A stretch of 63,115 bases of DNA, the filler included, from Porpidia crustulata (Eukaryota), in NCBI GenBank assembly GCA_964255105.1. It is 17 parts of 17 records of this genome, joined end to end, with 100 filler letters (N's around TTAATTAATTAA, not from the genome) between each part and the next. Parts side by side here need not be neighbours in the genome. Positions count along the whole stretch, not along the records: positions 22,436 to 26,058 come from CAXUWE010002273.1; positions 26,159 to 29,780 come from CAXUWE010002274.1; positions 29,881 to 33,500 come from CAXUWE010002275.1; positions 33,601 to 37,217 come from CAXUWE010002276.1; 13 more parts are not named here. One strand, 5' to 3'. Below, one piece after another: positions 22,455-34,157 of this stretch (within the stretch, counting starts at the first letter, position 1; every line of letters begins with the position of its first letter). A model generated the notes under the pieces. It was given only the letters and a program-made list of their open reading frames with translations, made no database searches and was not told where the DNA came from. Both the position numbers and the translations under genes were made by a program.

Positions 22455-24707
22455 TTACCAAGCAAAACCCCCCCCCGCCTCACTATCATCCCCATTCCAA
22501 TCCTCATCCCCACTGGCCTCCTCATCCAGGAAATTGCTCTCGTTCAATTGCTGCTCCATCGGACGCAGGTTGTCGATCATGACGTGCACGACATCGCACA
22601 TTCCTTGGATGTGGAGTTCTTTTTCGTCGGTTGGGGGAGTTGGTGGGGTGGTCGGTACGGGGCTGTCGTCGTCTAGGGCGGAGTCTTGGCTTGAGGAGTC
22701 GGTGTCGGAGGGCTTTTCGCCGAGGGGGTGGCGACGGTGACGGCGTGATGGGTATCTTGAGGGGAATGGATTTTTCGTCCTTGCTGGAATAGCTGGCAAG
22801 CTTTTCCTAAGTCGATTGCTTTGTCGGGTGACTCGTCGGGTCGAGATCGGCGGATTCTTACTTTCGTTGTCGCTTTCCAGTTTAGCGCTAGCTGTGTTTT
22901 GTGAGACTTCGATATGGCTGAATTTGTCACTTCTTTTCCGGCGAAGGATTGGTCGAGAACTTTCTCCAGGAGGTTTTACATACTCATTTTGTCTTTTCAT
23001 CTGCGCCTTATGTGCTTTGAAATCGTCAATGGACCTTATGTGCGGATTTGGTGGGAAAGGTTTTCTTAAAAATACTGTTTGAAGTCTTCCAGCCCAACGG
23101 TCACGGAAAGCAACTCTATCCCGCCATCCGCTTTCATCAAGACTGGCTTTGATGTCAAGATGACGGAGATTTGGTAGAGACTTTGCAGAATCGACCAAAG
23201 ATGAAAAAAAGGCTTCCGCTGTATCCATATCCCACCTGCGAAGATGAAGGAGTTCTAGATGCTGAAGACTTGCGGGCCATGTTGGCACTTCCCCAGAGTG
23301 GAGTAATTTTGAGAACCTGGGATCCGAATTCGAAAAGCAGAAGTGAGAATTATAATATGTAAGGTTCATCTTCAAGGTCTCCACTTTCGGGCACGCCGTA
23401 GCAAAGACTGTTAAAAATGAAAGGGCTAGCGCTTGATTATGGTCTAGGATCAATTCTCGGATGTTGTGACCATGATTTACGAGAAAGCTTTCAAGCATTT
23501 CGGACTCGACAGAAGAACAGTCCGTAATCTCAAGCAATTCAAGGTCCCGAGATATCATATCCAGAAATTTTTGGTTGACAGCGGAGGACATCTTGAACCT
23601 TAGTCGTTTGAGGTTAGGTAGACACTCCACCGCATGTGCGAGTTGCTCTTCGCTAGGGTCCCAAAATCTCTTCGGTGCAGACGGTGCAAATACTACGAGA
23701 TCTTGCCCACTTATGTTGTCGAGAATTACTCGCCCAGCTCCACCCGATTGATAGTTGACTAACGTCAATTCCCTAAGACTTTGAAATGGAGAAGTTAAAT
23801 GAAAATGTCTTAATCCAAGTGCGGCAAATGGCATTCCAGCTATGGACGAGTTCCACGTCCAGTGGGTCAACGAGACTTTAGTTTGCTCCAATGCGTTGAA
23901 AATATATAGACGGTAAACGTCTCGATTTCTTGACTGGCCATCGATTTTGGCTTTATGTAGCATGGGTGTATCCGTAAGATAGTGTATGTCTACTCCGCGG
24001 AGTTGCGGAGTATGGGCGATCAACTCAGCCAGATCTATTGGATCACGGCCCCCGTACTTGTGTGTAAGAGTGCTCAGAGCTTCCATCTCCAAATGTTTGA
24101 TTTTGGCCTTGTAATTGAAAGTCGAGTTCTCCGTCTGCGATGCAAGGCTAGCTAGCAAGTTGTGCGCTCGTCTTGGCGGAACGAGTGGAGGCGACCAGTA
24201 CAAGACAGAGAGTGCTGGCTCCGCGAATGCTTTGCACATATACGCAACTCTCAACAGCCACGTTGTATTCGACGGCGTTTGGCACTGGTCTGACTTCATG
24301 GATTCTGAGGCGAAGCGGAAGATTGGTAGCAGAATATGGTATGAGAGAGATTGCCATGGTGGTACTCTCCCTCCAAGGCTTAGTATTGCATCCTCCTGTC
24401 TTTCGCCATTGATCTCTGTGCTGGGTTTAGATTTTTTCGCACCAAGTATATACTTGGAGCGCCGAGGAGTGGTGGTTCTGCGTTTCTTCGAAGGTGCAGC
24501 ATTGTCTGGTCGACCAGGAGAAGGCACTGATGACATAGCACGACGCTTTTGCTGGGACATCACGATCAAAGGCTCGTCATCGCTCACTGCATCACTGCCA
24601 TCTGTACTCAGCTCTCGATACGAAACCCGATTACGAGTTGGCTTGGTGGACCGAGCTGGACGTGAAGATTGCGCGGCCGCTCTTCTAGACCGCGTTCGGG
24701 AGGGCAT
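22455..24707 (-). CDS. Conserved fungal LRR (RNI-like) protein with basic N-terminus and acidic C-terminus
   Basis: 750-aa intronless ORF; F-box-like PPWQSLSYHILLPIF; repeated LxxLxL units; C-terminal IQGMCDVVHVMIDNLRP...FLDEEASGDEDW. Confidence 0.75.
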   Translation of the reverse strand: MPSRTRSRRAAAQSSRPARSTKPTRNRVSYRELSTDGSDAVSDDEPLIVMSQQKRRAMSSVPSPGRPDNAAPSKKRRTTTPRRSKYILGAKKSKPSTEINGERQEDAILSLGGRVPPWQSLSYHILLPIFRFASESMKSDQCQTPSNTTWLLRVAYMCKAFAEPALSVLYWSPPLVPPRRAHNLLASLASQTENSTFNYKAKIKHLEMEALSTLTHKYGGRDPIDLAELIAHTPQLRGVDIHYLTDTPMLHKAKIDGQSRNRDVYRLYIFNALEQTKVSLTHWTWNSSIAGMPFAALGLRHFHLTSPFQSLRELTLVNYQSGGAGRVILDNISGQDLVVFAPSAPKRFWDPSEEQLAHAVECLPNLKRLRFKMSSAVNQKFLDMISRDLELLEITDCSSVESEMLESFLVNHGHNIRELILDHNQALALSFLTVFATACPKVETLKMNLTYYNSHFCFSNSDPRFSKLLHSGEVPTWPASLQHLELLHLRRWDMDTAEAFFSSLVDSAKSLPNLRHLDIKASLDESGWRDRVAFRDRWAGRLQTVFLRKPFPPNPHIRSIDDFKAHKAQMKRQNEYVKPPGESSRPILRRKRSDKFSHIEVSQNTASAKLESDNESKNPPISTRRVTRQSNRLRKSLPAIPARTKNPFPSRYPSRRHRRHPLGEKPSDTDSSSQDSALDDDSPVPTTPPTPPTDEKELHIQGMCDVVHVMIDNLRPMEQQLNESNFLDEEASGDEDWNGDDSEAGGGFAW

Positions 24708-27700
24708 GATAACGGGGGTACCAAAGTCGTCTACTCATACCCAAATGGCCGAATATCCCGAAGTTGTTGTGCTGTGTGTGCACTTGGTCCGAGACTGTCG
24801 AAAACGCAACGATTAAGCTATGCGTCATAAATCCCTGTATTTGCGCTATGATGTTATCTTATCGCTTATCTTATCTTTGCTTCTCTACTCATGAGGCTGC
24901 AGCCCTACACGTGACTCTCGCTAAGCGTCTTTCCATCCAGAATCAACTATCGTGGCTACATCTTGAAATATATGGCGGTAGTGTCTTCACGCAATCAAAG
25001 TGAGTCTCTTTGTAAACCATATCGCCGACTTGATGGAAAATAAGCAGAAGCTGTCGAGCTTTTTGTAACTTCTAATTGCGCAAGCTCAGAGAGACTCGAT
25101 CCTCTCCGCCACCGGACTGTTCTACTCCTTGAACTCCTACTTCACTGCCTAGCTTTTCGCCCAAAGGCAGCGTCTACTTTTCGTGCCCATTCTGAAAGAA
25201 AACGAAACAGTGTGCTTGTCGAGTGACATTGACGTTGACTACTCCGACGTGAAGCCGGAGGACTGGCCGCTGTGCTCAATCTCATGGGTTGAGGTTCCGG
25301 ACGAGCTGGGCAAACCCAAAAGGAGTTAGGAATGGAGCCATAATTGTCTACTCATCAGCTACTCTTCATAGAAAGCTTGTAGGACCTTGGGCTTGGGTCC
25401 TTGATTAGCCCGAAAGTACATCTTTCCGGTAAAAGATAGTCAAAACGCTCCAATGAAGAGAACCTGGAAATAATACCGGATCTTGCACGTCGTTGCCCAG
25501 ATTTCTCTGATGTACTTGGGTGTCGAACTCTTCCAACATTCTAGAGCTCTGATTGGGTACATGGCGATTCGACAGATCAAGATGACAAGCGTAGGGATGT
25601 AGCATCCAGTCCACCGCAATGGTATTCCATTCGGTTCAGTGTGGATATTTGATTGCAATTCGCTATGTGGGTGAGATCATCTCGTTGACAGCAAAAGTGT
25701 CAAAATTCTCTTCTTGTAACGATAATTGACCATCCCCACATCTAGTCTAACGGAACCTCAACATACAACAGAACCTCACTCCCCTCACCAAATGAGATCT
25801 TCCACCAGCAAGTCTGATGAATCCATCGCATAACGCCTTAATCGCTCATCGCCATCTTCAGAAAACCTCAAGTCATCTTTTCAAATCCGACTTCATTAGA
25901 GTTGCGCAACCCCCGCTCCCTAATTTCTACAAGAAACACACTGAACCTCAACGTCAACTTAATCTACTCACAGAACCCATCATCATCATCGTCATCATTA
26001 CAAGATACCTCGCCCCAGACTAACCTATAAATAAGCTCATCCCCTCCCACACGCGCTCNNNNNNNNNNNNNNNNNNNNNNNNNNNNNNNNNNNNNNNNNN
26101 NNTTAATTAATTAANNNNNNNNNNNNNNNNNNNNNNNNNNNNNNNNNNNNNNNNNNNNCCCCCATTTAGCACCCCTCTACGTCAAGACCATACACCCAGA
26201 CAACTCACCACTATTGCTTTCATGAAGCCCCCGGAAGAAAGTTCCTACCGCCAATACCGACCGCAGCTCAATCCACCCTTCATATTTCGGCTCCCTCGGC
26301 GAATGCTGACGTTGAATGGTGGAAGCATGACTTGCGCGAACGATACGGTAGTAGAGGTTCTCTAGAGGCTCTATTTTGGGGCATCTTTGTTGAGGAAAGT
26401 GTGGCTGAGAGGGTGCCGAGAGAGTGCTGCGGATGATGGGGTTGGGGGATTGTGTCGCGATGTGTGTGTGTGTATCTACGGGTTTGGTAGTGGATGGGAG
26501 TGCGAATCTAGTCGAAGGGCGGTTTGAGGATCCTGCTTAGTTGGCTTGGTATTGATGTACACGGGGGTAGGCTTCACTAGATACCCCGAGCGGTGCCAGG
26601 CGACAGCCGATATTTCCCGTCCTCCAGCTTGCGTTTGGGGGCTATCCACGCAATCTCTCGGAGCGGTGTTCATGGAAGGGAGTGACGAATGATTCGGAAC
26701 AATAGGATATGGCGAAGGATGGTGTTGCGGGAACCTTGTCGCAATTGTTGTCGCTTTGGCGTGAACGGAAGGTGTCAGATGCGTTAGTAGACTTTCTCGA
26801 CTCATAAGGGAAGCTGTAAGGTGTTCTGTTGATAGGTACCATCGGTCCGTTATAGAAAGGTGTAGGGCGTTTTGTTGATCAGTGCCGTCGATTCAGTAGT
26901 TCGTTTCGCTTGTAGTAGTGTCAACCTTTCAAAGACTTAAAACGATAGCAAGGACTTGTAGCTGTAGAGAGGCAAAGAGAAGTCGCAACACTAGCAACGC
27001 CGGAACAAAGCGCTTTCCAAACAAGTTGTCGTATAGATCTCACTCTTACGGACTTTACTGTCAATGACTTGGGCTTTCGCAGATTTGGACACGGGTAAAA
27101 TGAACCAACCAGATAGTGACGATCAAATCAGGAGGGCGTCAGTTTTGAATGATGACCACCGAATAATTGGAGGTGGATTCAAGCCCTCCATTCGGCAGCC
27201 AACCGAAGCCTGGCAAGACGATTCGAAATCCAGAGGCTGAATCGTGGCAACGAATTCTAGAGCCAATCAATGGAGCACAACTATGACTTTGTAGGCTGGC
27301 GGCGAAAGCAAGAGGGGTGGCTAGAGACAAAGTTGCGCGGAATCGAAATCAATTAGTCGTTGCGTTGTGTCCGGTGTAATGCTCAGCGGTGCTGCCAATA
27401 CTACTGTACAGACAGATGTAGATACAACCTGATGGAAAGGACGAGTGGTATATAAATTGTATTGATATCAATGTAGTCGGCGAGGACGGTGCTGCTTCAG
27501 AGCAGATTATGCCACGATGCTCTCAGAAGATGAGGAGCTGGGAGTCGCTAGTATCTAACAGGCCGCATCCGCCTTGCCATTTCAAGTTTCAACTATAGGT
27601 CCATGAAAGACCGCCTCAGGGACGGGACCTTATCGGCGTCAGCTCACTGCCAACAGTACCACCGGAGACACATTGGCGGCCCTCTCCTTTGAATTGGACA

Positions 27701-28737
27701 CGGCCTTGGGCTGTGGATCTTGCGTTAGCGACGGCGGACTGCTTCCGCTATTTATATATTCCGACTGAATCGATAGCAAATCGTAGTTTGATCAAGTCCC
27801 GTTTTACTGGTCATGGAAAATAGCCAGAGCTTTCACCATGGCAATTGACTTTCCGAATGGCGACTCATGAGCTTGCTGTGGTGGAAAGGGTTATGGGAGT
27901 CGTCCCAGTAATCGACGAAAGAACACCATATTGATCCTCAGGCACATCAGGCAGAGGCAGCGGAAGACGAAGGAACAATGTCTCATGTAAAGTCTCTGTC
28001 CGTTGGGCGCGGTATTCCATTGCTTCTGAACGTTGGCCAATATCAAGAGCAGTCATTCTGACGGTAGCGTGTGATAGTAGCTAGACGGGAACTCTTGTCA
28101 ACTTGAGAGACATCGTTCTACGAACGGTATCCCCAGCAGGATTTGCGTTGGAGACCAATTTTCAACAGCTGGGCAAGAGAGTAAGGCCAGAAAAGAGAGT
28201 GAGACTGTTCACCGGTTGAAGGAACAAGAGCAACTGAGGGGAATAATGGCACCAAAGCATTGAGCGTAAGGAGGTAAAAGAAGTCGCGGGCATTTTCTTC
28301 AAATGGAACATGAATATGAATTCATAGTAGATACTGAATCATTTATAGAGGAGATGGGTAATGTGGCACAATGCCAACGGGTCTGATGATGTAGAAAATT
28401 GTTGAACGGTCGTCCACAGATCGACACTCGTAATCTATGAAATGAAAGACTCGGACCGACCAGTTGTGAAAGCTTTTGCTTTTGGAAGCTATGCGTACGT
28501 CCTGCTAGCAAAGAACGAGTCGTAATCTAGACGATTGTGTTTTCTAGCATTGCTCCATTCTATCTACCCAACTACCCAAATGCAGTCAAAGCTTACTAGG
28601 GTGCTAGGGTATAGCGTCTCACGTCGCGATTTGGGCGCGACTTCGCGAGCTATATTTTTCCAATCGCAACGTCAACACATTCCAACAACAAACAATACCT
28701 TTACGAATTAGAGTCAGCCAGCAGCCCTCGCAGCATT

Positions 28738-29229
28738 ATGGACGACAACGATCGCACTCGTACGGCTGGCGAAGAAAATGTAAATCCTGCCGAGGCCGTA
28801 TCGGCAGCCAAGGGCAAGGGTAAAGCTGCCGAGTCGTTAACGCAAAATATGAGCATGGACGAAGACGATGATAGCTCGGATGAGGAAACGGGTGCTGAAG
28901 AAGATGTAAGATACCATAATATTCAATGCCTCGATTTAGACTTTTTTGACTGACAATCTACATAGGCGCCAAGTACGTTTGCTGGTCCACGTTCGCAATA
29001 TACTAGTAGCTGAGCTAATAAATTTCTCGTGGTAGTGGAGGAAGAGGAACCAGACGAAGACAACATGGAGGAAATCGACACCGACAACATTCTCAGTAAC
29101 GGTCGCCGCACGCGCGGAAAAAACATCGACTTTGCCAAGGCAGCCGAGGAATTGCCGGAGGATGGCGACGACGATGACGAGGACGATGACGATTTCGAAG
29201 AGAAGGACGATAGCGCGATGCAAGAGTAG
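28738..29229 (+). CDS. CHZ1: Histone H2A.Z chaperone Chz1; exons 28738-28905, 28966-28972, 29036-29229
   Basis: Acidic protein with KGKGKA and the CHZ motif EEIDTDNILSNGRRTRGKNIDFAKAA; the frame is restored only via a 7-nt microexon. Confidence 0.88.
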
Positions 29230-29880
29230 ATGCCTCATGTCCGTCAATGGGTGGAATCGGCGCTCGATCAAAGAACATTTCTTACTAGATCGTTTTCGTC
29301 ATTGCTTTGGGGTGACTGGCGCTGGAGAATGAATTCAAGATACAAAAGCATTTTACCAACGAGCATCATGTGGAAAAGACTCGAGATGGATATACCATTG
29401 CTCCAAATACTTATGGTGGCTTTGTCTCGTGTTGGGCTGGGGTGGAAAAGACGATTACAATGTACTATCAGCAAACATATTACGCTGCGCAACCTCAATT
29501 TGTTCACTGAGCACTCCGCCGTAGACAACATTAATTGGTGGCGCGTCATTGCACTTGAATCTTCTGATTCGAGGTGTGTGAAATGTTTCGCTGACGGCCA
29601 ATCGCTACAAGCCCTAACCTTGGCGCAAACCTCTACCCCCAGCAAAAAATCTGTCCTTGCTGCCTTGAGTCGTCTACAAACATGCCCCTACACTTCCACC
29701 GTCAATAATGACATCCATTACCAATCCTCTCTCAAGATCCCTCTGACCCATCACAACGCAAAACCTCCCAGCACCTCCCCNNNNNNNNNNNNNNNNNNNN
29801 NNNNNNNNNNNNNNNNNNNNNNNNTTAATTAATTAANNNNNNNNNNNNNNNNNNNNNNNNNNNNNNNNNNNNNNNNNNNN

Positions 29881-30254
29881 GCCTGCTGCGCGACTTCGCC
29901 GTGCCCAACCTCGGCCTCTACACCACCGCCACCGTGCTGCTCCCGCACCTGCAGGCGCTCGCGCGCTCGACGCCGAGCGCGCACCCGGCCCTCTTCGTCA
30001 CCTCGGGCGCCATTATCCATCAGCCGTTCGGGCCAGTGTTCTCGCTGTCCATGGCCAAGGCCGCGCAGGCGAGCTTGGCGAAGCTGCTGGCGGAGGAGAA
30101 CAAGGATGTCGTGCACGTGGCGCTGGTGACGGTTGGCGGGCAGGTGTCGCCCGAGGAGGAGGTGAATAATCCAGTGAGTATCGCGGAGAAGTTTTGGGAG
30201 TTGTATGAGCAGAAGAAGGGGAGTTGGCAGTTTGAGATGAAGTGTGGGTGGTGA
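29881..30254 (+). CDS. Short-chain dehydrogenase/reductase (atypical), 5' truncated
   Basis: ALFVTSG, FSLSMAKAAQASL, VHVALVTVGG, IAEKFWELYEQ: C-terminal half of a fungal SDR subfamily. Confidence 0.75.
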
Positions 30255-31113
30255 TTTTGCGTGGGAAGTTTCTGTAGGGTTTTGCTTGTTGGGGGTGGAG
30301 GCTAAAGCACGTGCTCAAGCCACTAGCTCCAGCAGCCCTGAGCCAAGGGCTCAAGGAGCAAATTCATCTTCGACTTTTACTTGCTTGACAGCCGCAGTCA
30401 TTGCAGGAAACATCCAAGACGAAGAAGAATCATGCACGATTCAACTCCCACACCCAAGGACATCATGAATTTCCCTCCTTGTCGCAAGCACGCTTTTACA
30501 ACGCAGTCCTTTCGCGCCCCCTCCTCCCCAAACCCACAGTGAGCTTTCTACCTTGTACATCTTTATTCCACGCCCTCATTGATTTTTGCGTCCGAGACAC
30601 TCTTTATTCGTAGGTGTCATGAAAATCCGACTTCTGTAATGTACGAGATGTAGCCAGCTACATGGTCTTTTTGTGTGGAGGTCTTGAGAGGGTGAGAAGT
30701 TGCGTCCGGCAAGAAAATTTCTACGCAAACAAAGGTCTATTTGGTGCGGACACACTAAATAGTGCTAGTACCAAAGTGGTTGGTGTTGTACTGGTTCGGG
30801 GTGGTGCGTGCGGAATAAAGGACTAGCTCCGACGATGCTGCTTTCAGTTTTGTTTGCAGTTCTGTTTTCTGTTATTCTGAAGAGACCAAGACTAAAGGCC
30901 TTGTCTCGTTGATTGAACTATGCTGTTTCAAGAAACCGCCCACCAAAGACCTTTTATGTTCTGTCCCCTTTCCACCGCATCCTACCAGCTACCATTTCAT
31001 CCACGGTGACGTTGTTGAGCCCCAAGTGGCAGCACGTCCTCAGCTTGTGCTTTCCCACCATTGTGCGAATGTTTGTTCAACGCGCCCTTGTGTCATCGTA
31101 CACACTGTTTCGC

Positions 31114-32598
31114 ATGGCATTAACCGAGACATTCCGTGAATCTGCGCAGGAGGAGATGGATGCCCAAAGAGTTTCTCGCGCTCAGCAGCAGATTCCTCCT
31201 CCTATATCTGGGAAGAAACGCCAACGATCTTCTTCTCCCTGCCCAGAGTCAATCAGCAAAAGGGGGGCGTGCTCAACCGACCGCTCTTCTACCTTCAGGT
31301 CTCCCACACTCAGCTCACCTTCCAAGATACCATCTACCCCGAGGCCTTACGAATCTTTTACACCAGAAGATAATTGGTCGTGCCCTAATTGTGGCCGCCG
31401 TTGCTGGCTTTGCAAATTACCTACTTCAGCACCCTCGGAGCAACTGGAGCTGAGAGACGAGGCAGAACTCGAGCGAGCAAGGTTGACTTCGGAACCCACT
31501 CATTCAAGTACGGATATTTACAGCAGCAAAGTTTCAAGCAAGAAGGAAAAAAAAGATCATTACACGCAACTTGGAATTACATTCGTCGGTCCAAGGGATC
31601 AGAAATTTAGAGATGCTATTCTTGATCCCCTGGGAGTATGTTGGGCTAAACGCTCACGATCTAAGGGCAAGCCGCCCCTGTTCCTTAATTCTCAACCTCT
31701 ACCTGTATCAAAAGTGATAATAAAGAGTGACGACGAAGACCTGGAGAGAATCGCGACGGACTTCATGGAATGCAAGGTACGGCAGTATGATGAGCACTCC
31801 CTCACTTTGATCTGCTGCGACTCTATAATTCTCCGCGACGGATGGGTTGAAAATGCGTTTGCCGACAAGGACGACCAAGAGCTGATCATTGCTTCTGTGC
31901 GGAGAGATAAATGGAAGCCGCAGAAACAAGGACCGGCAATACCTGAAAGCAGATTCGTCTATGATTGGGACCTTGAACCCGACGCGACTTACGCGGTCTC
32001 TATCAACATGTTCAATCCCGGGTATCGTAGAAAACTACATTTGGACGCTTTTCAATTTTGGGTCGCTGAGAAAGATGTTTCGGTCTGTCCTTACCTGACG
32101 ATCGAATACAAAAGTTCGGACAAAGGAGGTAAAGAGGCACAGGCAACGAACCAAGCGATTGCTGCGGCTATCTCGTGGCTTTACCAAAGGAAAGATCTCC
32201 GCAAAACCGTGGGGCAGGCTTTCAACGATCTGAGCCATTTTATGATAACTCTTGTTGATTCAAGCTATGTAATCTCAGAAGCGCGATTCGAAGTCGATGA
32301 GTACCTTATGCGCCGACACATTACTGGAGATTTGACGTGCATTGACGACCTCAAACTATACATCGAATGGAGCAATGCCATCCACGCATGGGGTCTCGGT
32401 GCCAACGCCTCCTCCTTCAAGAAAGATATCGAAACGCTGGTGGAATTCAGATCTGCCCAGACACCAAGCCATCTTCCGACGCCTGCAGGTACGGGCTCGG
32501 CAATAGGGCCGCCTGCACAGAGACCGGGCTTGTCGGAGCAAACTGCTTTGCATGAGGAAGAAGAGGAAAATCCAGAGGCCACCAAAGGGACGACTTAG
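31114..32598 (+). CDS. Hypothetical protein with Cys cluster and PD-(D/E)xK nuclease-like domain
   Basis: Intronless ORF; start uncertain (in-frame ATGs include 31114). CPNCGRRCWLC, then EPDATYAVS...CPYLTIEYK...ATNQ and C-terminal WSNAIHAWG. Confidence 0.6.
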   Translation: MALTETFRESAQEEMDAQRVSRAQQQIPPPISGKKRQRSSSPCPESISKRGACSTDRSSTFRSPTLSSPSKIPSTPRPYESFTPEDNWSCPNCGRRCWLCKLPTSAPSEQLELRDEAELERARLTSEPTHSSTDIYSSKVSSKKEKKDHYTQLGITFVGPRDQKFRDAILDPLGVCWAKRSRSKGKPPLFLNSQPLPVSKVIIKSDDEDLERIATDFMECKVRQYDEHSLTLICCDSIILRDGWVENAFADKDDQELIIASVRRDKWKPQKQGPAIPESRFVYDWDLEPDATYAVSINMFNPGYRRKLHLDAFQFWVAEKDVSVCPYLTIEYKSSDKGGKEAQATNQAIAAAISWLYQRKDLRKTVGQAFNDLSHFMITLVDSSYVISEARFEVDEYLMRRHITGDLTCIDDLKLYIEWSNAIHAWGLGANASSFKKDIETLVEFRSAQTPSHLPTPAGTGSAIGPPAQRPGLSEQTALHEEEEENPEATKGTT

Positions 32599-33717
32599 TT
32601 TGCATTCCGGCCCTGGAGTGCGCCACTAGTGGGTGAAGATTCTAACCGTCCTGCCCGATCAAATCTAAATCAGATTCATGGTCTCCGAAAACCTTACGGA
32701 ACAGCAATCCATATTTTATCTATCAATAGCGTCATTTAGGGGTACAGGACCGGGACAAACCTCAGGGTATTGAATAATATTTTGGTGGACATGACATTAC
32801 AAGCATGATAACGATCCTCCAATCTGTACGAATACAACACCGTGCTCTACAATTACATTTTCACATCCTGAGACGATATTTTGTCAAGCATATCATTGAT
32901 CTCCTGAATCGACAGCCCTCCACACCTTCCTCCCCCTTGAACTTACGTACCGCTGCTCCGCCTGCCTCCCTACCGAAAATTATTTCCCTCGCGTTCTTCT
33001 TCCCCCCAATGCTCCTTCAATTGCCCTCCTCAAAATAACGATCCCCTTTTCTTGTCTCACATGAAAACCCAGCGATTCCGTAGTCCTCGGCTTGTGGTTC
33101 ATTGGAATATCTAAGACATTGATTGTTGTCGGGAAATTGAGAATCGTAAAATTTGTCGTTTCTGTTTTGCGGAAGAAGGGACGAGGCTGCTTTAAAGAGC
33201 GAGTAGCAAAGGGGGGCAGAAGAAAGGCAGAAGAAAATATGAAAAAGCATGAGAAGAAGAATCATAAGCGAACAGCAAGCGAGTATGAGAGAGCTCAGAG
33301 GGTCCACAGAGGGGCAGCAAAAATGAAGGAAGCGGATCTTAGCGCGGGAGCAAAGTGACGGGGTCTGAATTTAACAAACGATTAGACAGTTATCTTATAC
33401 ATCAACGAAATCGAGATTATCAAATTGAGACGTTTTCATCTGCTATGCTTCCGCGCTGCCCTATAGTGCTCCCCCCATGCTCCCTCTTGCTCCCTCTTGC
33501 NNNNNNNNNNNNNNNNNNNNNNNNNNNNNNNNNNNNNNNNNNNNTTAATTAATTAANNNNNNNNNNNNNNNNNNNNNNNNNNNNNNNNNNNNNNNNNNNN
33601 AGGGGGGGATCACTGCGGTTGGTTGACTTACTTGCTTACGGCCGCGTTGGATCTTATACAACAAAAGGTGACGAGTGAGTGGGTACATTTGGTTATGCAC
33701 GGGTTGGAAAAGGCCTA

Positions 33718-33845
33718 CTGATTCCCACCCCCTCAACGGTCCACTCAACTTTTTGCCCTAACCCTGAACAAGTCGAGATAACCCTAACCCTAGAAATGGC
33801 GGGCAGACTGTTGAGGGGTTTGGACCGTTGAGGGGTAGGAACGAG
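33718..33845. mobile_element. MITE copy 2 (128 bp; TA target-site duplication; two telomere-like cores)
   Basis: TA|CTGATTCCCACCCCCTCAACGGTCCA ... TGGACCGTTGAGGGGTAGGAACGAG|TA. Internal GCCCTAACCCTG and TAACCCTAACCCTAG, plus an extra subterminal GACTGTTGAGGGGT. Confidence 0.8.
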
Positions 33846-34157
33846 TACACTACACTAGACAGTAAATCTACATGATTTCCGCAAAATACCCGGTTTTTGA
33901 AAACCAAATTTCGAGGTCTGATTATCCCGGTCTATATCATTCGGACTTTATGATGTTGATGTGCATCCTCGATTCTGCATTGTGTTAAACAAGGCATTCT
34001 TACAAGGCTACCGATCAGCATGACAGCCCTGTGATAGGTGCAGGATGCAGGGAGGGATCCATGACTCAAATTCAGATATTGAATGATGTTTTCGAAGGCG
34101 ATATAGGTCAACATACCATGTCATATCTAACAGAACATCGTGGGCCATTAAGTGATC

